Origin: a virus
Taxonomy: Duplodnaviria > Caudoviricetes
Strand: one strand, 5' to 3'
DNA length: 27,410 nt
Virus record (IMG/VR): IMGVR_UViG_3300037751_000052
Span: 1 to 27,410 of that record
A program made the position numbers and the translations under genes. Below, piece after piece: positions 17,848 through 25,400 of the stretch. The first letter of the stretch is position 1. Each line of letters opens with the position of its first letter. The notes beneath the pieces are model-generated. The model was not told the origin of the DNA and did no database searches. It saw nothing but the letters and a program-made list of their open reading frames with translations.

Positions 17848-18626
17848 TTTATGGCCTCCTCGAATGACCAGCCCCTATATACGATTCTCTTGTAGGCGCG
17901 TACATATGGGATACCAATATCCCTACACCACGCCTTTAGGGATTGTGTCTTCCCTAGGTGTGTGAATTTGCGAGTAGTACGCCTGTTTTCAGCCTGCTCC
18001 CTGTCAGTTGCCCAAACACAGTTCTCAGGCCCGTAGTCCCCGTCGTTGTTGACCCTCTCCAAGGAGTGCTTAGACGTCGGGCGGGGCCCCATGTCTCCCA
18101 TGAAGTTCGCAAAGTTGTTTATCCACCTACCGCAGACCCCAATGCCTCTCGCTCCGTGCGTATGCCACCGATTGCACTTCTCGTTGTAGCAGCGGTCCTT
18201 CATTGCTGACCACACCGAATATTCAGGCGTAGAAGACATCCCATGCGTAGTGTGGACGTCCGTCCTGTAGCACCCACACGACCGAGTGGCCCCCTCTCTA
18301 AGTTTTGCTGAAGACACGTGCATTGTCCCACCACAGTCGCAGGTACACTCCCACTCAACAGAGCTACCACGTCTTCCCCCTGTCATTTTGACAGCAGTGA
18401 GTCTCCCAAACCGCTGACCCGCTATGTCTATGACGCCCTTACTTGCTGTGGCTAGGCACCCGCACGACTTAACCGCCCCAGATTTAATTCTAGATCCTAC
18501 CAGTGTCGTTGTCCCCCCACAGTCGCACTGACACTCCCAGTACACCCTCCCACCCTTCCTGATGGCAGCGGTAGGTGTCAGCATGTTGAACTTCATACCA
18601 AGAAGATCTAACGGTCTGTTGGCCAT
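17844..18626 (-). CDS. Free-standing HNH-type (putative homing) endonuclease 1
   Basis: Two tandem W.C.CDCG...SCGC zinc modules, then HGMS.TPEY.VW.AMK.RC...GARGI.VC.RW...F..DMG.RP...SLERVNNDGDY.PENC.WAT. Start ATG 18626; low GC. Confidence 0.85.
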   Translation of the reverse strand: MANRPLDLLGMKFNMLTPTAAIRKGGRVYWECQCDCGGTTTLVGSRIKSGAVKSCGCLATASKGVIDIAGQRFGRLTAVKMTGGRRGSSVEWECTCDCGGTMHVSSAKLREGATRSCGCYRTDVHTTHGMSSTPEYSVWSAMKDRCYNEKCNRWHTHGARGIGVCGRWINNFANFMGDMGPRPTSKHSLERVNNDGDYGPENCVWATDREQAENRRTTRKFTHLGKTQSLKAWCRDIGIPYVRAYKRIVYRGWSFEEAIK

Positions 18627-18630
18627 CCTC

Positions 18631-18804
18631 TCAACTCCAGTTAAACCGCGCGAACCGCTCAGGCAGCAGGGGCTCACCATCATCGTCGAACTCGACCTCG
18701 ATGATCTCGAAGTCGCTGTATCGGAAGGGTAGCAGTGTCAGCATCCCACGGATCTCATTTGGCTCACACCAAGTTCCATCCGGCCAGACTGCGATCTTGG
18801 TCAT
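18631..18804 (-). CDS. Hypothetical protein, 57 aa (below the ORF-track cutoff)
   Basis: MTKIAVWPDGTWCEPNEIRGMLTLLPFRYSDFEIIEVEFDDDGEPLLPERFARFNWS*. ATGA overlap with the HD gene stop, GGAGG upstream, and it fills the gap to the HNH gene. Confidence 0.7.
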   Translation of the reverse strand: MTKIAVWPDGTWCEPNEIRGMLTLLPFRYSDFEIIEVEFDDDGEPLLPERFARFNWS

Positions 18805-19319
18805 CCCAATTCCTCCAGCCCATTGTTGAGGACAGAGCGGGCGAGCTTGCGTAGGGAAGCATCACCCTTGTTGAGCACGTCCAGCAGCATCTGCATCTCC
18901 GCCAGATACACCTTGGCGAACGCCCGGTCGTGGCGGATGATGGATTTCGTGTTGTCGATCAGGTCCGCCAGCTTGATGCTCTGAGCATCAGCGGGGGCGA
19001 CAGCGAGGCGTGCCCGGTCGCGGGCCTTCCGGGTGGCCCGGTTGGCGCCATCCGTTACCTCGTCCGTCAGGTGCCAGACCAGATCAGCAACCCGAGTGCC
19101 GAACATCTGGTAGATGTCTTCGTGGGCGATGTGCGTGTCCTCGACCACGTCGTGGAGGTGCGCGGCGGCGACGGCGTGTTCATTCAGGCCGTGCATCGAG
19201 ACCATTTGGGCCACGGCACGGGTGTGGTTCGTGTAGCAATCACCGGTGTATTTGCGGCGCTGACCGATGGCTCGGTGGGCGGCGAAGGCAAAGACACTTG
19301 CATCGTGAATCAGGCTCAT
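18801..19319 (-). CDS. HD-domain hydrolase of the RelA/SpoT hydrolase (Mesh1/SAH-like) type
   Basis: AH...GQRRK.TG..Y..H...VA, AA.LHDVVEDT, FG..VA.LV..LTD and IKLAD..DN motifs. Start ATG 19319 has GGAGG upstream. Confidence 0.85.
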   Translation of the reverse strand: MSLIHDASVFAFAAHRAIGQRRKYTGDCYTNHTRAVAQMVSMHGLNEHAVAAAHLHDVVEDTHIAHEDIYQMFGTRVADLVWHLTDEVTDGANRATRKARDRARLAVAPADAQSIKLADLIDNTKSIIRHDRAFAKVYLAEMQMLLDVLNKGDASLRKLARSVLNNGLEELG

Positions 19320-19337
19320 CAGGGCCTCCATGTGATG

Positions 19338-19400
19338 AACGGGCGCTCAAGAGGCGCCCGTTGTTTGATTGAACTATAGCACGGATTAGGGGTGTGGCAA
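19338..19400 (-). promoter_or_regulatory. Sigma70-type promoter with extended -10, followed by a 5' hairpin
   Basis: TTGCCA (19400-19395) - 16 nt - TATAGT (19378-19373) preceded by TGc. Then the perfect 9-bp stem AACGGGCGC-ctcttga-GCGCCCGTT (19362-19338) before the HD RBS. Confidence 0.65.
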
Positions 19401-19401
19401 C

Positions 19402-19626
19402 TTACTTGTCACCCGCTTGGCCGTGGTACCAGATGGGCCTCATAGTGGGCGGCAGAAGGTCTTTCAGGGTAGGGAATGGGACCGGGACTCTCAGCGAGCA
19501 CTCCTTTATCCGCACGTCGGGGTTGCCGTCAAGGATGCACTCCGCAGGCCCGAAGAACCTGCGGGGTGCAGCTTGGTGCATACACTTCCCACCCTTGAAC
19601 TTCTCACAGCAGACGTTCTGCATCAC
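19402..19626 (-). CDS. Hypothetical Cys-rich protein, 74 aa
   Basis: ATGA overlap with the ligase stop, GGAGG upstream; five Cys. Confidence 0.6.
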   Translation of the reverse strand: MMQNVCCEKFKGGKCMHQAAPRRFFGPAECILDGNPDVRIKECSLRVPVPFPTLKDLLPPTMRPIWYHGQAGDK

Positions 19627-20498
19627 ATATCCTCCGGGGCACGGAAGCCCAAAAATGTGGGAAACCTCGGGAGCGTCTTCACACCAATCAAGAATGACTT
19701 GACCTTGGCCAGCTTGCCCAGATAGCCGTCACGATTGGCCCAGATTTCAGCCCGCATGGCGTCGGTAAAGCCCGTACCGCAGTTGAAAGTACCTGCATCA
19801 CAACGAAGGACCAGGGCACCGAGGTCACCCCGACCGACCTTGTTTTCCTGATGACTGCTGCGCTTGGTGTTTCCAAGCTCGTCCTTCGTGGCCTCGTTTC
19901 CATTGTGCATCCGCTCCTCGAAGCCAACGATCTCATATTCGGAGTCCACAAACCTCTTGAGCTTGAGTAGCGTCCCCTCCTTCAGGGTCGAGCGGCCGTA
20001 CTTGTAGGGCCCATTGAGGCTGCGGACCATCACGCCCTCATAGCCTCCGGCCAGCCACTCGGCCTCGATCTGGAGCAGGCCCGCCTCGTCGTGCACCTTC
20101 ACATGCGGCACGACCTTGACGTGGGAGAAACCAATCTCAAGGCCCTGGTCGTAGCGATCCTCGAACCCGTAATCCATCATGTCGATCCGGTCGAAGACGT
20201 GGAACAGGAAGTCGGGCTCGCCGTCGCCGCTCATGACCCCCGAGTAGGTGTCGTGGTAGCACGACTTGCTCCAAGAAACGCCCACGATCAACTCGCCGTC
20301 CAGCCCGTCGTACTTGCCCCCGCCGAGGCACTGCTGGACGTACTCGTTGGGGATCGGCTTCAGCTTTCGGCTCAGGGCCACGCCGTCGATCACGATGCAG
20401 CGGATGCCGTCGAGCTTCGGGGAGGCCAACACCGGGTACTTCAGGTTGGCGGTGTCGTCAATGGTCGCGGCGAGGAGCGGCTTGAATTGCTTGGTCAT
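19623..20498 (-). CDS. ATP-dependent DNA ligase (minimal)
   Basis: Motif I SPKLDGIR, III LDGEL, IIIa FHVFD, IV YEGVMVR, V LLKLK, then the OB-fold GTGFTD and VI PRFP. Confidence 0.95.
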   Translation of the reverse strand: MTKQFKPLLAATIDDTANLKYPVLASPKLDGIRCIVIDGVALSRKLKPIPNEYVQQCLGGGKYDGLDGELIVGVSWSKSCYHDTYSGVMSGDGEPDFLFHVFDRIDMMDYGFEDRYDQGLEIGFSHVKVVPHVKVHDEAGLLQIEAEWLAGGYEGVMVRSLNGPYKYGRSTLKEGTLLKLKRFVDSEYEIVGFEERMHNGNEATKDELGNTKRSSHQENKVGRGDLGALVLRCDAGTFNCGTGFTDAMRAEIWANRDGYLGKLAKVKSFLIGVKTLPRFPTFLGFRAPEDM

Positions 20499-20680
20499 TC
20501 GTGTTCCTTGTCAGAGTGGGGCGCCAGCGCCAGGAGGGTGATGAGGGTGGGCACGATCACGGCCACGCCCACGACCAGGATCATGGCCTCCGTGCTCTCA
20601 ACGAACACGAGGTAGGGCAGGGCGAGCGCGTACAAGGTGAAGAACACCAGAAGGCCTACCCAAAGAAGGTGAGTTCTCAC
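20495..20680 (-). CDS. Small two-TM membrane protein, about 61 aa
   Basis: Two hydrophobic helices; GTG 20680 overlaps the upstream stop (GTGA), and its own stop overlaps the ligase ATG. Confidence 0.65.
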   Translation of the reverse strand: MRTHLLWVGLLVFFTLYALALPYLVFVESTEAMILVVGVAVIVPTLITLLALAPHSDKEHE

Positions 20681-20877
20681 GACAACCCCTCCCGCTCCAC
20701 GAACCACGATGCCACGTTGATCTCCGTGGTTTCCCCAATCTCGATACCCACGAGGTCGTCCTCGAAGATGATCGAGAACGGAATCCAGACCTCGTCGCCG
20801 TCGCCGAGGTCGACGAGGAGGGCCCGCTCGCTGGCGAAGATGACCCGAACTTCGATGGGGATGTGCTTATCCGACAT
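20677..20877 (-). CDS. Hypothetical protein, 66 aa (small acidic beta-barrel-like)
   Basis: SERALLVD..DG.EVWIP.S...E..V..WF...EGL pattern typical of small phage proteins; GGAGGT RBS. Confidence 0.7.
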   Translation of the reverse strand: MSDKHIPIEVRVIFASERALLVDLGDGDEVWIPFSIIFEDDLVGIEIGETTEINVASWFVEREGLS

Positions 20878-21073
20878 GCTTCACCTCCGGGGTCAGCCTC
20901 TCAATCTCTCTCATGATCCGTTCGATCAGGTTGTCCGAGAGTTGGTTCGCGCCCTCCATCTGATGAGGGGGCACGTCCCGGACCGCCTCGGACAGAACGT
21001 CCCACATCCAGCCCGTCTCCGGGTTGAAGATGTCATCCATCGCTGCATCGTATCCGTCGCTAAAGTCTTCCAT
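20867..21073 (-). CDS. Hypothetical acidic protein, 68 aa
   Basis: ATG 21073 with AAGGAG upstream; overlaps both neighbours. Confidence 0.6.
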   Translation of the reverse strand: MEDFSDGYDAAMDDIFNPETGWMWDVLSEAVRDVPPHQMEGANQLSDNLIERIMREIERLTPEVKHVG

Positions 21074-21224
21074 TTTTATTCTCCTTGTTGTCGAACTCAA
21101 TCACACGACTGCCGCTCCACCCGCACCGCACGTTGCCATCATTGTGTGGGGCGTACTTCCCGAAACGAGTGGTATCCACCTGCCTGTCGCAGCCTGGGCA
21201 CCTGACCTTCTTCATCTCCTTCAC
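21060..21224 (-). CDS. Small putative zinc-finger protein, 54 aa (below the ORF-track cutoff)
   Basis: (M)KEMKKVRCPGCDRQVDTTRFGKYAPHNDGNVRCGWSGSRVIEFDNKENKNGRL*: CxxC-x12-H-x6-C. GTGA overlap with the methyltransferase stop, AAGGAG upstream. Confidence 0.65.
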   Translation of the reverse strand: MKEMKKVRCPGCDRQVDTTRFGKYAPHNDGNVRCGWSGSRVIEFDNKENKNGRL

Positions 21225-21949
21225 AGCATTCGCTCCTTGGCGATTTCCATGTATCCGGGATCTCTCTCCATCCCGATGAACCGTCGCCCCGTGTTTCTGG
21301 CAGCGACTCCCGTACTGCCCGAGCCCATGCAGTTATCGAGGACTGTGTCACCCTCATTGCTGTAGGTTCGGATCAGCCACTCCAGCAGGGGCACAGGTTT
21401 CTGCGTTGGGTGCACCTGTTGCTGGGCTGAGAAGTCCCTTGAGATGTTCAGGATCGACTTGGGGTACCGCGTTCCCTCGTTCGTGAACTCGGTACGCGGT
21501 TTCAGACCGTACCCGTGGTTGTTGCACCGGCCCACATACCCCTCCGGGTCACTGGACTTCCGGGCGTAGGGCTCTCCGGCCTCCATCTGGGGGTTATAGA
21601 CCGTCCGCCCCGACGCAAACACCAGCACGTTCTCGTGCACCTTCATTGGGCGGACCTTGGCAAGGCCGGGGCTGCCACACTTGTTCTTGTTCCAGATCAG
21701 TTCGTACTTGAACCACTCTGGGTTGCTCATGACCAGTGCCGACGAGAAGGGCTGGGACCCGAACAGGAGCACGCATCCCCCAGGTTTCAGCAGGCGCTTG
21801 TAGTGCGCCCACACCTGATCGAAGGGCAGGATCTTGTCCCACGTCATCGGGGTGGTTCCGTAGGGCGGGTCGCACAGCACCAGGTCAACGCTACCAGCCG
21901 GTACGCCAGACATGATCTGTAGGCAGTCCCCGTGGTGGAGTTCTCTCAC
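21221..21949 (-). CDS. DNA methyltransferase, N4-C/N6-A, beta class (orphan in this window)
   Basis: GDCL, DPPY, HPTQKP and LDNCMGSGSTG order (catalytic motif before SAM-binding motif). Start probably GTG 21949 (GTGA overlap). Confidence 0.92.
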   Translation of the reverse strand: MRELHHGDCLQIMSGVPAGSVDLVLCDPPYGTTPMTWDKILPFDQVWAHYKRLLKPGGCVLLFGSQPFSSALVMSNPEWFKYELIWNKNKCGSPGLAKVRPMKVHENVLVFASGRTVYNPQMEAGEPYARKSSDPEGYVGRCNNHGYGLKPRTEFTNEGTRYPKSILNISRDFSAQQQVHPTQKPVPLLEWLIRTYSNEGDTVLDNCMGSGSTGVAARNTGRRFIGMERDPGYMEIAKERML

Positions 21950-22377
21950 AGCACCCCCTCCCCAACCAGCGCAGCCTCCAGCTTCAGGTAGGTCTTCACG
22001 GGGCGGAGGTCCCACGACGCGGCCACGTTCTCACCCATCCACTTCCCCGGCATCACGCGCCAGATTTTGTCCTCGGTGTGGTACGTGATGACGACGTACT
22101 CCATGCCCGCCATGCGGAACTTCTCCAGCGTGGGGAGTTGGGATACCTTGTCGCGGGGGAGCCGGTAATCATGGTGGGTTTCCTTCGCCTCCCACCACAT
22201 CACCCTTCCTGCGATGGCAACGATAAAGTCAGAGGGCTGGGCCCCGATCACGCCACGCGCCGCCCTGGAGTCGGGCATCCTGTGCCACGCCACGTCTGCA
22301 CGGTCGTTCAATCGGTCGAGCAACTTCTTAACCTCGCCCTCGGCGTATTTGCCACGGGAGCCACGTTCGGTGGTCAT
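21946..22377 (-). CDS. PD-(D/E)xK nuclease, Holliday junction resolvase-like (RecU/Hjc-like)
   Basis: RGK.AE..V, R.PD, QPSDFIV and EAKET motifs; directly downstream of the polymerase. Confidence 0.7.
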   Translation of the reverse strand: MTTERGSRGKYAEGEVKKLLDRLNDRADVAWHRMPDSRAARGVIGAQPSDFIVAIAGRVMWWEAKETHHDYRLPRDKVSQLPTLEKFRMAGMEYVVITYHTEDKIWRVMPGKWMGENVAASWDLRPVKTYLKLEAALVGEGVL

Positions 22378-22405
22378 TGTTCTTCTCCGTTCTTATTCGG
22401 TGCAA

Positions 22406-22458
22406 CCCCGGCATCGAGGCCGGGGCTGTGATTCTGCTACTTTGTCAGATTGTGACAA
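22406..22458 (-). promoter_or_regulatory. Putative promoter with overlapping palindrome and a 5' hairpin
   Basis: TTGTCA (22458-22453) - 16 nt - CAGAAT; palindrome TTGTCA-N5-TGACAA (22442-22458); stem CCCCGGC-N6-GCCGGGG (22406-22425). Confidence 0.4.
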
Positions 22459-25400
22459 CCTGTGAGGACAGGATCTCTGCCAACTTGGCTTCGATCTTGG
22501 CCTCGTCGACCTCCTCCCCCAGTTCATGCTGGTCACCGAAGCTCAAGCCCATCGAGATCGAACCAAGGAACGGGACAGGGAGGTTGCCATAGGGCCGGGT
22601 CATGGCATGGTGCACGACCTTGATCGACTCCAGTGCATCTTCAGCCGCCACGCTCCAGACCAACTCGTCGTGAACACTGAAGTAAAAGACCATGTCGAGG
22701 TTGAAGAGGATGCCCGACTTCCACAAGCGGGCCTGAGCGAGCTTGGTCTGCTCCCCCGACGACCCTTGGATCTTGAAGTTCGGACCCTGCCGCAAGGCCT
22801 TATCCGCCACGCCCCATGCGTCGGAGAGCAGGGCTTCACGAAGGTGCCGGCGAGCGCCCATGCAGGTCGTGACGTAGCCCAGCCGCTTGGCCTCGTCCTT
22901 GACCTCGTCCTTCCACACCTCGAAGCGCGGGAACATTGCGTACTTCGCATCGAGGAACGTCTGCGCATCCTCAACCGGGATGATCAGGGTCTCAGCCAGC
23001 TTCGCAGCCATGGCGTCGTACTGAGCGCCAAAGTTCACGTTCTTGGCATTCTTCCGCAGGTCATCCGCCAGCTTCGCCACGGCCTCATCGTCGGCCTTGC
23101 GCAGGCGCAGGAACAGGTCGTATGCAGCGTCCCCCTCCTTGCCGAAGGACTCAATCAACTCAGCGAGCTTGGCCTTGCCCCACTTCTTCTCCATGGCCCC
23201 GGCTGCCGTCATGCTGTGCATGTCCTTGAGGTTGTCCCCCACGAAGCACGCCATCATTCCGGGGTCACCGCTCTGGCCCGCGCCCTGGCGCAGTTCCTGA
23301 CCCGTGAAGTCGATGGAGACCACGACCGCGCCCTTCTTGTGCGGCAGGAAGTTCCTGCGGAACTTCACCCCCTCCGATTTCTTAGGTAATTGGGACAAAT
23401 TCGGATCATTAGGGGCGTCCCGTCGAGTCACCGTGCGGCACTGCCCAGACTGCCCGTGGATCTTCCCGTCCTTCCAGTGCCGAAGGTGACGGTACGAGTT
23501 GTAGAACATGGTCTGGCGCGTGGCACATGTCTTCATCGCCTTGAAGGCTTCGAGCACCGTCTTCTCACGGGGCTTGTAGGCCACGTCCAGCAGCAGGGCG
23601 AAGTCGACGGCGGTGTCGTCGGTCTTGGCCTTGGCTTTGAGCAACTCCTGTTCAGCGGGAGATAGCGGACGCTCCGTCTTCGACCCCGCCCAAATCTTCT
23701 TGTAGCGGGAGACCGCAGCAGCAAGCTCCCTCTTCTCACTGCGCTCCTTCTCAGTGGTGGAATTCACGATCCGCACGGGCAGGCCCATGGTCTCGTACAG
23801 GAACCCCTTCATCTTCTTGGGCGAGCCCACATCGAATACGGGCTCACCCTCGAAACGCCGCGCCATCCAGTCGTTCACCGAGGCGACGTTGCCCTCGGCA
23901 ATGAGTTGGCCCAGCAGCGGGGCGTCGTCGTGGTCCATGACCTCGACGAGCTTGGCCAGCTTGCTGACCGTGCGGACTTGGGTCACCAGTTCCTGGCCCA
24001 GGATGATCGACACGGCCTGCTTGATGTTAGCCGGGGCGAACTCGTCAATCACGGGGCAGGTCGTGCCCTCCCATCCCTGCTCGATCAGGTACTCGCGGAT
24101 GACGCCCCAGTTTTTCTGGTACGTGGCCTGGTCGTCCGCCTCCATCTCCAGCATGTGCTCAAGGCTGAACTTCACGCCCTGCGTGAAGGCGAGGGCCTTG
24201 ACGTAGGCCGGGAGTTGCTCGACATCCAGCATCACGTCCCACGTGTTCTCCAGTTCCATGCGAACGCGGAAGTGGTGGTACAGCGCGGTGGTGCAGATCG
24301 TGTCGTCGGCACCGTAGGACAGGACGTGCTCGCCGGACAACTCGTTCATCTTGAGCCGCTTGGTGCTTTGGCCAACAAGCGCCTGATCCTCTGACCCATC
24401 CTCCAGCATCACTGCTTCATACACCGGGACACTCACGGTCGTCACCTGATCGTAGGACTCCTGCTCGTAGTCCAGCAGTTCGAGCGACAGCTTCTTCAGG
24501 CCCTGCGACTTGTTCTCATCCGTGTAGCTGGACAGGATCGCGGTATCCAGACAATTTGGAAGAAAGCCCTGCCACCCGTTGTCCGCCCACTTCTTGCCCC
24601 ACTCACCATAGAGGATTGGCAACTCGAACGCGGCGTTGTGGACGACCGTGAAGACGCCCTGCGGGATAAGCTTGACCGCGTCCAGCACTTGGTCGCTGGT
24701 GAGGTTCGGTGTGTCGGCGTGGTCCACCGAGAAATAATAGGTGAATTGGCCATTGCTCCCGAAGGTCAGGCCCATACCAGTGAGCTTGGACCCGAGCACG
24801 TCCACCTTGTCTTCCTTGCCCCGGATCGCCAGCCACTCATCGGACTCGGGAGGCGTGCTGGTCTCGATGTCTAGCGCGACCACGGGGGACTGCTTGATGT
24901 GGGCGGCGAGAAACTTCAGGGCCTCGTCATAGTTGTCGGCGGTGATGAGGCGCACCTTCTGCGCCCACTTCACCAGCCGCTCGTCCGTGACCACGTCCCG
25001 GCCCCGGACCATGCCCGCCTTCCACTGCAGGGGCTGGCGCAGGGTGTCGCACCACTCGGGGTAGAGCTTGGCGCAGTCGTAGCTCTGATACACGTGCTCG
25101 GCCCCGTCGATCACCTTGCGGAAGGGCTTGAACGAGGCCACGTCCTCTTCCAGTTCGTGGAGCGTGCGACGCTTCATCATGCCCTCAAGGGCGGCGATGC
25201 CCGCGTCCCCGAAGTTGACCAACATGTCGAGGAACGCCTTCTCGCCAAAGCCCTTGGCGCCCTTCAGGTTGTCGGACGAGTCCCCGACCAGGGCCTTGTA
25301 GACGGTGATGAACTTCGGCGGAAATGGGCCCAAGGGGTTTTCGTCCACTAGGCACCCCTGGCGCCACAGGGACACGTCATCAGACAGGAGTACAGCAAGG

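Noticed and set aside
21221-22377. Restriction-modification pair (methyltransferase plus adjacent PD-(D/E)xK nuclease)
   Set aside because: The nuclease is short, resolvase-like and sits in the usual position after the polymerase. An orphan protective methyltransferase is the simpler reading, though not proven.
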